Below are positions 17,464 to 34,586 of a stretch of DNA of 64,000 nt, piece by piece (within the stretch, counting starts at the first letter, position 1; the number at the start of each line of letters is the position of its first letter). Made by a program: the position numbers and the translations under genes. The stretch is taken from the NCBI RefSeq assembly GCF_009914755.1, contig NC_060936.1, one strand, 5' to 3'. Source of the stretch: the human T2T-CHM13v2.0 reference genome, Homo sapiens. The notes under the pieces are model-generated. The model did not search any database. It was not told where the DNA came from and saw only the letters and a list, made by a program, of their open reading frames with translations.

Positions 17464-17800
17464 TGTACACTGTACCCAATGTGTAGACTTTTATCCTTCA
17501 TCCAGCCCCCACCCTTCCCCACTAGTCCCCAAAGTCCATTGTATCATTCTTACTCCTTTGTGTCCTCATAGCTTAGCTCCCACTTTTAAGAGCTCCCACT
17601 TATAAGTGAGAACATACGATATTTGTTCTCACTGAGTTACTTCACTTAGAATAATGGTCTCCGACTCCATCCAGGTTGCTGGGAATTCCATTATTTTGTT
17701 CCGTTTTATGGCTGAGTAGTATTCCAAAAAACCTATCCACATAACCAAACACCACCTGTTCCATAAAAACTACTGAAATAATAAAAAAAAGAAAAAAGTA
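17464..17800. mobile_element. Short 5'-inverted L1 (L1PB-like 3' end)
   Basis: 17464-17726 is antisense L1 3' UTR; ~17727-17800 is the sense L1PB-type terminus with an A tail. Confidence 0.8.
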
Positions 17801-18369
17801 ATTCTTTGATTAAAAATAAACACAATGAAAAAATAAATATGATGAAAAAAATTGTTTAAATAGGCAGAGATTCCTAAGTAATACAGTGACCACATTTTCA
17901 AAGATATAGCAATGCAGATGTTCATTTAAGTGGTATTTATAATACAGAAAAACTGGAAAATGTATAAATGGCCAACAATAGAATACTGGATAAATAAACT
18001 GTTCTATCTATAAAATGGCTAAATTATGCTATATCCAAACTACATTATTCAGCCACTAATACTATGGTGTGAGAAAATATTTAAAGAAATAGGAAATTAT
18101 CACAATATATAAAAATACATATAATGGGTAATAAAATGATTTTTGTATGATCACATTTGAATAAATATAAGCTACATACACACATACATTTAGAAAAAGT
18201 GAAAGACTATCCATCAAATGTTTAGAGTGAGGTTCTGAGTGATTTTTACTTTTTCACCTACCTATATTTTCAAACATTTTACTATGAAAGTATATATCAC
18301 AAATAATTATAAAAACAGTACTTCAGTCAATGATAAGCTAAATGGATTTAATGGCTCTTTATTCTACAT

Positions 18370-19040
18370 TCAGAAGCTGACTGCTTCTCACCACCACCTC
18401 TGTTACTGCTCTGTTTCAAGTCATTATCTCCTTTTACCTGGAATATTCCTATAGTATCCTACCTGGCCTTCCTCCTGCTTCTGCTTCTTGCCCCAATTCA
18501 GTTAGCTCTTCTTAATAAAATAGATCATGTCACCTCTCTACTTCAAGTCCTCCAAAGGCTTATTTCACTTAGAGTAAAAATCAAAATTACCAAAATAGCT
18601 TAGAGTGACTTATGATTGGAACTCTCTACTCTTCTTCATTGGACTCCTTCTACTCTCACCTCATTACATCTTTTACTTCGTCTCCTAGTGAGCTTCCACT
18701 TTGCACACTACTTTCCAGCCTCATTGGTCTTCATGCTGGACCTTGAACACACTGGGGTTTTGCATGTGCAGCTCCCTTTGCCTGAAATGCTCCTCCCTGG
18801 ATATTCAATGGCTTGTACTTTTCTTCCTCCAGGTTTCTATGTAGTTGTCTTTTCAGACTTTCTTTTTATCGGATTTAGTATTATAATCCTCCATGCTCCT
18901 ACCTCTACCCAGACTCCTTACATTCCTTCTTTGCTTTATCTTTCTCCCATAGTACCTAACCACATCTAACATACCAAAATTTTACTTGTGATTTTTCTAT
19001 TGCCTGCCTCACTCTCTCTAGGGTTGAAGCCCTCTGAGGC
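18370..19040 (+). mobile_element. L2 LINE fragment
   Basis: Degenerate L2 motifs (AGATCATGTCACCTCTCTACTTCAAGTCCTCCA; CCCTTTGCCTGAAATGCTC). Other L2 3' ends lie at ~22700-23050 and ~23250-23500. Confidence 0.6.
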
Positions 19041-21260
19041 AAGGGTTAGGGTATCTCCATCTGTTAAACAGTGGATTGCTAGAGAGAAGGTAGTGTGAAA
19101 AGAGATTTCATTCAGCGATCCAGTTTCTCAAGGGCAACAGTAAGTTGTAAAGTCCAAGGGAGCAATTTAGGAAGGCTGAAACTTAAGTTCTGCATTTTAA
19201 ATTTATTTCACAACAAACTGTCACAGTGAAAATCATCATGCCTATTTATCAATTTCATCCACTAGTTAGGTAGCTAACCTAAAAGTCAAAATCAGAAATT
19301 TAAAAAAACTTTAGCTTAGCTTTCTTAACTGTCATAAAGTTTTTAAGGACAGAAGGGCAATTAAATCTGTTATAATAGATTGGGTTGAAAGGTTCTTGGT
19401 CAAATTCCACTTTCCACATTATAACAATATGTAAACTGAATAAGCTCGATTAACCACACTGCAATTTAGTTGCTATACTTTTTAGGTTTTAAAGTCATAA
19501 GCTTGTCTGACAAATGTGAAATGTGGTGTTTTTTCCCTAGTTCTTTGTCTAATGATTATTAATGATCAGGACAATGAAGCAAGTCCTTGGCATAACACTG
19601 GGTTCCCTCAGTAAAGCATATTTTTTTTTATTAGTGATGCCAAAATAATGTTCTACTAAAACTATGATAACTTCAACCTGATGCCATTCACATAGAAAAT
19701 AAGACCAAAAACTGATAATTTTTTCTCCTTAGAGAGTCTGAATTTTTGTTATTTAGAAAAATATTAAAAATATGGTTTAACTAGGACTAATATATGAATT
19801 TTTAACATAGCTATACATTTTAACTTGCATTAGGAGAAAACAGCTAATAACTCTTTATGATTACGATATCAAATAATTTTCCAAGTAAAACCTTAATAAG
19901 CATACATACTCTTAAGAGTTCTCATAGGAGACAAAACTAGAAGTTCTGTTAGTTAAAGTAATAGACTTTTAAGATTTTCATTATTTGCTTGCACTTCTTA
20001 TTTAGAGGATCTGCTTCATAGGCATGCAACCTGTGCAGTAAGTAGCACAGGGCACCATGTTTGGTTATATTATTAGATTAACTGCTTGGTATCCTTTTCA
20101 AAGTAGCGATCACTGGACTTTGAGAAGATCATGTATCAAACAAGTAAATTTCAGCTCTGCCCAAAGGTGACACTTCAATCATGGTTAGTTTTTCCTAACA
20201 AGTGACAACACTGACCTGTTCAAACTTGTTAGGAAAAACTGAAGAAGCGCAGTGTCCACAGCTCAGATAACTCTGCATCAAGTTAATCTTTTTCCAACTT
20301 TCTGTAATAATTCTGGTCAAAGTAGTTGGATTGCTAGGCCTTGATAACTTGTACAATACCTTATTTCTCTAAGATTAGAGTCTATCCTCTCACCCAACTC
20401 CTAATCTCCTCTGGAACTGGATTATTGCTGCAAGAAATAAAGTAGTCATCAGGGATAAGGACCTAAAGTGAGTAGAGAGTGGGTGCTAAAGATTAACCTG
20501 TGAGTTTTTCCGAAGGACAGCTTAAACATAACTGAATCTTACACATGATCTAAGATAAGTAGGATGAGGATATGTATTTTTGGGTAGAACCAGATAATAT
20601 GTTACCTTAGTTGTTGCAAGTTGAAGTCTATCAAAGAGCAGAGTTCTCATGGCTGCTTTTAAAGTACAATAATCATATTTTGATGGCCAGAACTGCTGCA
20701 CTGCTACATTTAACCTTTTGTGCAGATTAGAGGGGAAAGAAGTAAATGGAAGTCCTTTAAATTGCTTCTCTTTTGAATTTTCAGACTGTACAGATATAAA
20801 AGCAAAATATTTTGGTGTCAATATAAAACAAAAACATTTTAGGTTTAAATTTATTTCTATATAGTACTACTTAGGATCAACTTTTTATACGTACAAGCTG
20901 GTTATTGGCGCTTTGGCTACACAATTTTTCAGGTAATAGAACCTTAACCACCAAAGACAGAGGAGGGATGATGGAAAGCCTTTTTTTCTCTATCTCAAGG
21001 AGGTAGACTAAATAAACCCTTTCAATTTTAAAAAGATTTCAATTTTAGTATAGCATAATTTTGTATACTATACTATATCTATATTTAGATATAGATAGGT
21101 AGATATCTAGATAAAATATAACTTTGAGTTTTACAAGTATAGTGGAAGAATTACTTTGGGAAACAATCATTATGCTAACTGATAAGAATTGGATCTTTGT
21201 CCTTGGAAAATGTATGGTCTATTTTTGGAAGCTAAAACAGACACAAGACAACACATACTA

Positions 21261-21325
21261 TTAGGTTGGTTTTTGCCATTAAAAAAGTAATTGCAAAAAC
21301 TGCAATTCCTTTTGCACCAAACTAA
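21261..21325. mobile_element. MADE1 mariner-derived MITE with left arm partly deleted
   Basis: TTAGGTTGG...TTTTTGCCATT...GCAAAAACTGCAATTCCTTTTGCACCAAACTAA flanked by TA. Confidence 0.85.
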
Positions 21326-22080
21326 TAAGTGTCACATAGGTAATACGAAAGTAAATTCAGAAGACAGAAGGAGACACTGTAGACAGGATTTGAAAGGAAG
21401 GGTTTTATGAAGAAAAAAAGTTATTTTTTAAAGCAAATCAAATCTATTACTTCCAGGTTAGTAAAAGAAGTCCAAAAAGTATATAAGCTTATGGAACATT
21501 TATGATCTTTTTAGTAAAATATTGTATCTAAAGTTACAAACAGTTACCTGTTATTTAACATTGATTCAAAAATAAAAACAGAACACAATTTGAAAATGGA
21601 AAGGAAATACAGTTACAATACCTAGATGCCTGGTTGTAACTGTGTGGTTACTTTTTTTAAAAGTCATGCTTTTAGAAACATAAAGATTAGAAGATTTTAC
21701 TCTGCAGAATAACAAGTATATGTAGATTAATAATGTTAACTTTAAACACCTTTGTAATAAAGTCAGTGATATCTGGAAGGCAGATGGAATGAAGCAAAAA
21801 TAAAAGAATTGAAAGTATTCTAATTTTATTGAATAAACTCATAAAAGTCAATTTTTCTAACTACACATACCAACATACCACACTTGTTAGCTCTGCACTC
21901 AATTTATAGCATGCAGTGAGTAATCTACCATGTCTTCCAACTTATCTTAAATTATTATTTTGGATTTCTAACATATCTTCAAGAACACCATTACCTTTTA
22001 ACTGGAAAGCATAAAGTATATTTGTAGTGTGACCTACACATGCCAGTATATAAAAATATATGTTTTCTAATCATAAGTTA

Positions 22081-22428
<348 letters not shown>

Positions 22429-24462
22429 TCACACTTTCAGATGATAAAAATTTAAAATCATATATATGTCATATATATAAATCATATATGTATATATGTA
22501 TGTGTGCATGTGTGTATAGTAGTGGCTACCTATGTAAATAAAAAATAAAATCACGTATTCAAGTAAATTATATACAGTGATGGTGTATCATAGCTACTCT
22601 ATTTTTTTTTTGCTAAAAAAATAGTAAGAGTTGGAAAAAAGATAGTAACTTTCTTGGAGGCAAAAGCGTATGTAGATATGTATGAGTCAAGGAGAGCTGT
22701 TTTCTCAGACAGGCACTTGGCTAACTCCCTCAGGTCCCTGTTGTTTGCTCAGGTCTAACCTAATTGAGGGCCACTCTGCTAGCATACTTACTAATGGAAG
22801 CTGTTCTTCTCCAAGTAATTAGTACCTCCCTTTCTCTGGCCTACATACCCCATTACAGCACAAATCACCTTCTAACACAGTATATAATTTATTATGTTTA
22901 TTGCTTATTGTCTGCATTTTCCTGCTAGAATGCAATCTCCAGGTAGCCAGGGTTCATTATTTTATTCAATGGTATATAGCAAAAACCTAGAATAAAGCCT
23001 TGAAGTACAGCAATTACTCAATAAAGATCTGTTGAATCAAAATGAAATGAGTAAGACCAGAAGCAACAACCAGATTTTATGAAGATATTACTGTACATAA
23101 CAATATGCTATTTTTTTGTAAAGGCAAGTTAATTGTATTTCTCGGATGGGGTTGTTCAGAATATACAAAAAATACTGTCCTTAAGAAATATTAAATTCAT
23201 AGTCTGACACCTAAATCATATGTACATCAACATGCACTTGATGCAACCTCATTTCCTGCAGATCTTTTGCTTCTGTTACCTGCTCAGAGATGTCTTCACT
23301 GACTTTATCTAAAAGAGCACACCATCCCCTTATCATTCTCTAGCTGTTATTTCCTTGATAGTTCTAATCACTGCATATTATATTGAATATTTATTGTTTA
23401 TCTCCTCCATAAAAACAGGAACCTTATCTGCCTTCCTTACTGCTCTACTTTCCCTGTATTTGGATGAGTGCCTGGTACACAGTAAATACCAGCATGAATG
23501 CACTGGGAATTTGCATGGACCCATGTTGTCCTTCATATAAAAGAATGATCTAATTGTTTGTATCCAGATCTGAAGTTGGAAAGCAATCACTTGTATTATT
23601 CCCTCACCAATAAAACAAACAAACGAAGAACAGTTCTTCATGCTTCACACCATATAGACTGCGATGGTTAAAAGGCTTGACTAGATACATGCTAGATGTT
23701 ATTGCACCAAATATCAATGAAATTCAATATTCACCTGGAAGATTAAATCTTCAATCATATTAAATACAAGTTTTAGATTTACTCTGTTTTTTTCTGGGGT
23801 TAAATTATATTCATTTAATTGATTAGAAGTGAAGATACTGATCTAAAATTCTGTGAAATTCTGTTTAATTTTAAAACTTCAGCAAGGTGAATGCTAAAAG
23901 TAAAGCAGTAGTTCAGACTCAGTTGCTCTTTCATCCCACTTTTCTGTTTAAAATATAAGACTGAGTGACAATATCTGGATTGAATGACATAGCTGTCTGT
24001 CTTTGTAATGGGTGGCAAATGCAAAGAGGAGCAAGATTTTTAAGAATAACATTCTGCAAAGGATGTTGCTTACCTAGTCTGCTCTGTCTGAACACCAGAA
24101 TCTTCACTCAAACTGTTAATTGTAGATATCTTTAAAATTCTGCCCAGAATGTTTTCAATTGCAGAACTTTATAAAGTTCACCAAAGAAGTTGATAAAGAC
24201 TGAAAGCACATTTTGAAATGAACTATATAATGTAAGCATACATGTTATTAAATATCTATCTGGTTTACTAAAAGTCCTGCTTCTTTTTGCATTTGCTACC
24301 CATTACAAAGACAGGCAGCTATGTCATTCAATCCTGATATTGTTACCCATAGGCAGCAAAATCATTCAATCTGGATATTGTCAGCCAGTCCAGATTTTAA
24401 ACAGAAAAGTAGGATTAGAGAGCAACTGAGTCTGAACTACCACTTTAGCATTGGCTTAAGGT

Positions 24463-24792
<330 letters not shown>

Positions 24793-25971
24793 TAGAAAAA
24801 AAGAGGGATGACTCCTTTAATTATATCCTACATAGATTCTCTGATTTTTCAGTTATTTAAAGTTATTAGAACAATCACAATATATTAAAGAATCATGTTG
24901 TTAACTTTAAAGCTTCAATCTCCAGCTCAATTCAAAGCTCTTTACACTATTCCCCTCTACTCTCCCCCGACCCCAAGTACAGAGAAAAGGGCGATTATTT
25001 TCTTACTTGACTGGGTAAGGATGCAGTCCTCATTAACTGGATTTTGATAACCTCTGTGTGACAGTATCCAAAAGCTAGATCTATAATGAGGCTTCTTTGA
25101 GGGAGCCTGCAGGGGCTTCCCATTATGTAGTTTCCTGATGTTGGTCATCTGGATCCAGTTTACTGAACCACTTTAATTTCTCTTGCTGCAGAGATTCCCT
25201 CTTGCTGAGGTCAGCGCGCATACTGACAAAATGGCTGAAGCTCACCTACTTTCCCTGGTGTTCATACCATCCATGGGAATCTCCGTTATTCTTGACACAC
25301 TAAATGATGGGCATGAAGACCACTTTCTTGCTGTCCTGGCCTCTGTTAGTCTATCATCTCTTGCAAATTCTCTTTCCTCTACTCATATAGCTCCAGGAGC
25401 TCAGCAAGTCCTCTGTCCCAGCAAACACCCAACAGAGAAAAGAAATATGCCTCTTATTTTGGTAATCCCAATCTTTGGATATAATTCTCTTCATGCAACC
25501 CCGACTCCAATTATATATTGGGAACAGTCCTGTCCACAAACTGATTCTCCAAAAGGCCTCCTTATTTTCTCTCAGGCCTACCATTTTTTTAATGAAGGGT
25601 GAGTAGGAGTGGTGGTGGTAAGGTAGTGGTGGTGGTGATAGGTATGCTTGTGACACTACTTGGCTAATACTATGGGATTATTCAGTTATTTTAACTTAGA
25701 ATGTGAAGTATTTAATAATTTTATTCTCAGTTTTGGGGCATAATCATAATTACGGGGCAATGGGAAAACTCCCACTCAATATTATATTATAAATGCATCA
25801 ACAAAAAAGAAAGATTCTGTTGTACCTATAGTATTATGATATCAAGTGTTAGCCAGTCCTTGCCTAATGTATTGGCAAAACCTCAGTCCTAAAAGGGTAA
25901 GAGAAATATCTTATTTGGTCCTGTTAAAAACATCTTCTGTGATACCCAATTCACATCATGTGTCAACTTTT

Positions 25972-26090
25972 TCAGAGAGGAGGTCTCACTAGATTGCCCA
26001 GGCTGGTCTCAAACTCCTGCACTCAAGTGATCCTCCTGCCTAGGCCTCCCTACGTGCTGGGATTAGAGGCGTGAGCAGCCACGCCTGGCC
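25972..26090 (-). mobile_element. Alu monomer (FLAM-like)
   Basis: Single left-arm sequence; TSD TGTGTCAA. Confidence 0.85.
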
Positions 26091-26294
26091 TTGTGTCAAT
26101 TTCTTATAACAAAGCTGTGGTAGAGAATTCTCAATCCCTATGTACAGGAACCCAAAATTCAGCCTTTCAAGTACAGTATCTCCATCAAATGTAGTTAGAT
26201 AGCTTGTGGTTTTGTAAGATATTAATTAAAATCTTCAATAAAAAAGAACTAAGGTACTTAGGTACACATATATTAACACCTTAACATACCAATG

Positions 26295-26622
26295 GGCTGG
26301 GCACAGTGGCTCACACCTGTAATCTCAGTACTTTGGGAGGCCAAGGTGGGAGGAGTCTCAAACCCAGGAGTTTGAGAACAGCCTGGGCAATATAGGGAGA
26401 CCTTGTCTCTACAAAAAAATTATTAAAAGTTAGCTGGATGTGGTGATGCATGCCTCTAGTCCCATCTGCTCTGAAGGCTGAGGTGAGTGGATCACTTGAG
26501 CCCAGGAGTTGGAGACTGCAGTGAGCTCTGATTGCGCCACACTGTACTCTAGCCTGGGTGACAGAGTGAGACCCTGTCTCAAAAACATACGGGAAAAAAA
26601 AAAAAAAAAAGAAGAAAAAAAA
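26295..26622 (+). mobile_element. Alu (AluJ-like)
   Basis: Diverged Alu dimer with A tail. Confidence 0.92.
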
Positions 26623-26919
26623 GTAACAAACAAATTTGGCAATAATGAAACCTCTTAATTCAGAGCATTACAATGAAATCCTTTGCTTTTTAACAGAATA
26701 CTTACCAGTATCTTATGGAACTAGTGTACTGAGGAATCTAGTTTAGAACCTTCCTTTCCTTTTACTTTTTCCTTTCCTTTTTCCTTTCCCTTTTCCTTTT
26801 TTTCTTCCTTCCTTTTTCCTTCCTCTCTCCCTCCTTCATTCCCTTTTTGTAATTTTTGTTTCTATAAGGAACTAGGCAAAGCCAAGTAAATTCTTTAACT
26901 TAATTAAAGAAGTGTAATA

Positions 26920-27098
26920 GCTCTCTTTTGCTCCCACTCCACCATGTTGAGATGCCTGCTCACCCTTCACCTTCCACCATGATTGTAAGCTTCCTGAAGC
27001 CCTCATTAGAAGTCAGGCAGATTCTGGTACCATGCTTCCTGTACAGCCTGCAGAACTGTGATCCAATTAAATCTTTTTTTCTTATAAATTAAAAAAAA
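26920..27098 (+). mobile_element. Truncated MST-type MaLR LTR fragment ending in an A run
   Basis: CCATGATTGTAAGCTTCCTGAAGCC...CAGCCTGCAGAACTGTGA...AATTAAA...TATAAATT followed by an A run. Confidence 0.8.
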
Positions 27099-28216
27099 GT
27101 ATAATAAATATGTCTGTTGTTGTTGGTTCATTCAAAACAGATTTTCTCTTCCCTCTGCTCTATTGTAAGTGGTGTTGTTTTTAATAAGATTCTAAGATTC
27201 CCTAGCTTTTAGCAAGAAGAGATGTTTTCAGGATAAGGCTTTCAAAAAGGTCTTCCTTACTAAGTATTTAGAAGTCCTGTGTTTTACGGTATCTTTTTGT
27301 GCTACATTATCACCTGTTTCTTCAGTGGCAGCTGCTGAGTTTGTAAAAGATCAATTGGCTGTTTCTCTGGATTTTGCCATTTAACTATTACATGCTCGCT
27401 TATATGGGTTATGCTTATGAAGAGTTGTTTCCTAATTGCAGGCTGCTTCATTAGAAGGAAAAGAAGAGGTTTTGGGATAATATTCCTCCAGAATCACCTT
27501 CACCAAAGTTATGGCAGCTGTAGCAACTTTTATAATCTAGAATCTAATGGAAACTAATCTTACTCTTACTGAGGAAGTACAATAAGTGTTTTATAAAATA
27601 TGGTGTTTACCTCTACATTAGGCAGTGTTTTTAAAAATCTTAATTAACACTATCAATTCTAACTACTTCAGAGTTGGACATCATATTAAAAATGTAAGGT
27701 TGTTTAAGAACTGTTGTAAATATCTGGTAACTATCTTCTTCTAAACAATGTCTTTAAAAAGTGGTGCGTCTTTTAAAACCCTCTTAGTAATTGTGAAAGG
27801 GATGCCATTACATAAACTCAAGATTAGTTAACATGTTTATTTTTTAAAGTGACTTAAAAACATATTTTTATGGCAGGAAAATAAAACATGATCACTAGTT
27901 GACGCTATAAAATGTAATCATTTAGGGATATGTTTTACGTCCCCACCTTACCTGATTTTAGTTCTCAACAGAAAATATTTAACTCAACTAGCTAGCACAT
28001 TTATATTTCTGTTGTTGTTTTTTTACATGGCTGTCTATATAGTCTATTATTTTCTTGCATTTTCCTTTTCAGGTGCCTCATTAGTAATTTTATTAAAAAT
28101 TCTTAGATTACGTGTGGTTTTCCACATAAAACTATTATCATCATCATCGCAACTATTTGAGTGGTTGGTTCATTCCATACACTATACTAAGCATTTGCAT
28201 ATGTCGTCTGATGAAA

Positions 28217-28510
28217 TTTTTTTTTTTTTTGAGATGGAGTCTCGCTCTGTCATCCATGCTGGAGTGCAGTGGCGCAATCTCGGCTCACCGCAAGCTCCAC
28301 CTCCCGGGTTCATGCCATTCTCCTGCCTTAGCCTCGAGTAGCTGGGACTACAGGCGCCCACCACCACGCCGGGCTAAGTTTTTTGTATTTTTAGTAGAGA
28401 TGGGGTTTCACCGTATTAGCCAGGATGGTCTCGATCTCCTGACCTCGTGATCTGCTCGCCCCGACCTCCCAAAGTGCTGAGATTACAGGCGTGAGCCACC
28501 GCGCCTGGCC
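28217..28510 (-). mobile_element. Alu (AluY-like)
   Basis: CpG-rich Alu dimer. Confidence 0.95.
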
Positions 28511-29773
28511 CATCCGATAAAATTTTTATGACAATCCTGAAAGGCATAGTCATATTTTTATGCTCGAATTTTAGGCAGCAAAACTGAGGTTTGTAGAAGT
28601 AATTTTTAAAATACTGCATTTTTTTCAAAGGGCACTGAAGCTTGCATGTGTTTCGGTTAGATAAAATTGCAGATCTTAGCTATTCAAAACCCTTACGCTC
28701 ATAATCTTGCTTCTTAAATCCCTAGTGGCCCACTAACATATTCTTTAGTATTTGTGAGTTCTCACAAAAAATCTTTAGTTTTGTAGCTTTATTTCAAAAG
28801 TAATCTAAAAGTTAACATAACTCTGTTTTGGATTAAAAAAACACCATTATATAAATAAATACTTCGACTTGAGTGCCCATGTTTTTGTTTGCTTATAATG
28901 GAGTTGGAGCCAGACTATCTAACTTAAAATTTCCCTGGACTACAGTAAAGAGTAAGTTAATTAATGATCCATTTATGCCAGGTAAAGGTCAAATACTGTA
29001 ATTGCTTGCTTCTGGTATAAAGGTTTCAAAAAAATCGTAAGAGAAAACTGTTAGGAAAATTGAGTTATCACATAGCAACATAGGTATCTCAAATTCAAAT
29101 AAATCTGTGCTCTATTTCCAGTGATGATTTAGGCTTAACAAAAAACTTACACATTAATGTTAACTTAAAATATTTTAGTTTTATTTCATTCCTAATTTTT
29201 TTCTAGTTTAATAGTTAAAATAGAGCTAAAAACCTAAGTTTACTCCTAGTTTTCTATTTGTACATATTAGGGTAACTTTATAAGAAAAATAGTTTATCAC
29301 ACTGGGTATCCACAAAAATTCATAAAAGGTGCTCCTATAGTACTCAAGACTGAGAAACAGTAGTGTATAATCTGTGAGGCCAGTGCATAATAGCAATTCA
29401 ATAGTTAGTTGAATCAGAATTTTAAGCATCTACCTAGGTTCTCCATATTTATTCATTTGATTGATTAGTAACAATTAAAAAATATATTCTGTGGCCAAAC
29501 TATGTCAGAGTTACTTTCTTCCCCATTATTAAGTGCACTAAATTCATAGTAGGGAGTTTTAGTGGTTCTTAGACATTTTTTTTTTCAGTAAGGACCCCTT
29601 CGAGAATCTTGTGACATCTATGGATCCTCTCCCAAGAAAACGGATATACAAAAATATTACACACAACATTTTAAAAATTACATACATTTAAAAAAGAAAG
29701 AATAGGTTCTGTAGTTACAAAACCTGAATTCCAATCCTCTCTCTTTATAATCTTTGTAATCTAAAGCAGCCTC

Positions 29774-31703
<1,930 letters not shown>

Positions 31704-32246
31704 TCTAGCAACCTCTCTTAAAGCCTCCATTTCCTCATCTGTAAAATGCAAATACCACCTATCACACAGAAATGTTACACAGATTGAGTGAAATCATGTA
31801 ATTATGGTGCTTGCCATTTAGCAGATGCTAAACTAAGTGGTTAACTATTTTTCTATTGTTAGAGGTTTTATTATGCTGATTGGTTACAGCCATTTTTTAG
31901 ATTCCAAGGATCTTATATTCTTTCCACTGATTACCTCATTTATTTGGCTTCTCCTTTTAGGATATTTTTTATAGATGATAGTGACCCACAAAAGCACTGG
32001 AGGGGTAATAGCATCTTTAATGTTCAGTTCAGAATAGAAGTGCCTTTAATACTGCCATGATCAATTCCAAAGGTGATGAGTATTAGAGAGATTCAATATA
32101 TGGACAAGGATATTTAAAGGGGGGGAAATGTGGTTCACCAATTTAAATGATATCTGCTACATACATGTAGCATACAAGAAAATGGAAAAAATTATACTAT
32201 TATTCTGACATCACATAGTTTTCTTGAGAACTAAATGACAAGGTGA

Positions 32247-33240
32247 TGTGATTTATAATATTATATATATAGATCTATCTTCTGTATGCACGTTTTAGTT
32301 TTCGTCTCTGTTTCCTAGCCCAGAGGTCCTAAAACTTCTAGATAAAGGGCACTAGGAGAATCTTATTCTATTCAGTCTTTGACCCTTGGTTCCTGACAGA
32401 GCTCCTAAGCCCCTTGGAATTTCCTGGACGATAGGAGAATCTTTTGTTCTAATGAGGTAACTCTTGATGGGCTCCTGGGTAGCCTCAGGATGGGAGCTGG
32501 TTGCCAGGGAAGCCAACCATGTGATTAGGGAGTTGGAACTTTAACCTGGCTCCTCACCTCCAGGGAGGGGAGAGGGGGTTAAAGGTTATTTGCTCACCAG
32601 TGACCAATAATGTAATCAATCATGCCTACATAATGAAGTATCCATAAAAGCCCAAAAGGACAGGCAGGGTTCAGAGAGCTTCCTGATAGCTGAACACTAG
32701 GAGGTTCCTGGAAGCTGGCCTGCCTGGAGAAGGCATGGAATTGCCACACCTCTTCTCCCTACCTATACATAGGGCAAGGTATGGGAGAAAAGGTGTGCAG
32801 ATTCCTCTTCCATCCAGCTGTTCACCTGTATGCTTTGTAATATCCTTTATAATAAATGGGTAAATGCTAGTAAAGTGTTTCTCCGACTTCTGTGAGCCAC
32901 TCTAGTGAACTAATTGAACCTGAGGAAGGGATCATGGGAATCCTGATTTACAGCTTGGTCAGGAGTATCAGTGACAACCTACTACTTGTGGCTGGTACTG
33001 GAAGTGGTGGGGGCAGTCTTGCAGAACCGAGCCCTCAATCTGTTCGATCTGATGCTGCCTCCAGGTAGATAGTGTCAGAACTGAATAGAATTGAGACACC
33101 CAGCTGATGTCTGCTAGAAAATTGATGGTTTGATGTGGGCGGGGGTGAGGGGGGACCGCTATCCCACCCCATCTTGTTGCAGAAGTATTGTATTGAGTAG
33201 TATTTGAGAACAGGGAAAAAGTTTGGTTTTTCCTCTCTCA
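32247..33240. mobile_element. ERVL-class solo LTR (MER21-like)
   Basis: GGTTCCTGACAGAGCTCCTAAGCCCCTTGGAATTTCC; CCAACCATGTGATTAGGG; TGTAATATCCTTTATAATAAA. Confidence 0.75.
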
Positions 33241-33920
33241 GAGACAAAACATAGTGCCTGGAACATGACTGAGATTTCAGCTACATTTGAAAAATAAATG
33301 GCAAATGAATACTGAGTCAGAACAGAACATCTTATTAAGGTGAGAAGGCATTTATTCTATTATTCTCAAAACTGGTAATATTAAAAACATACTTTATGTT
33401 CATATCTGAAACACAAACAAATAACTCTAAGGAACTATCCAAATTTCTTTCATTTTCATTGTCACTTTGGTATTTTAAGCATCAAATATTGCTTGAAATA
33501 TTTGAGCATAAACATATTCTGGTTATGTGTTTTATATAGTGTCACTATAGCCATCATAACAAGATTTCACAGAAGGCTGAAGAAGTTTTAATAAAGATCC
33601 TCAGTCAATATAAAATGCTCCAATAACAGTAACTGATATAAAAATAATGAAAAAATAGTTACGTTTGCAAGGCTGACTTAACACCTCGTGTATATTTCGT
33701 TAGATGATGTTTGTGAGACTTACAAATTAAATATTTGTATTTTAAAACTTTTTCTTTTGCTCTTAACAATGTATCATGTCAATAAAATTTCCTCCACATC
33801 ATTTCAAATGGCTGAATACTGTTCACTGTATGGATGTTGCTTAACCAATCTCCTAATAAATGATGCAGTAAAGAATACTCTTGCAATTAACTTGTTAAAC
33901 ACACCCTTATTTGCTTATAA

Positions 33921-34586
<666 letters not shown>

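Noticed and set aside
21261-21325. Possible miR-548-family hairpin
   Set aside because: The MADE1 copy has lost much of its left arm, so the long stem is broken.
24950-25660. More GC-balanced block with 139-aa and 100-aa ORFs, possible pseudogene
   Set aside because: No recognisable protein similarity in the frames examined. It looks more like a decayed ancient LTR, but I cannot assign a family without a Dfam search.
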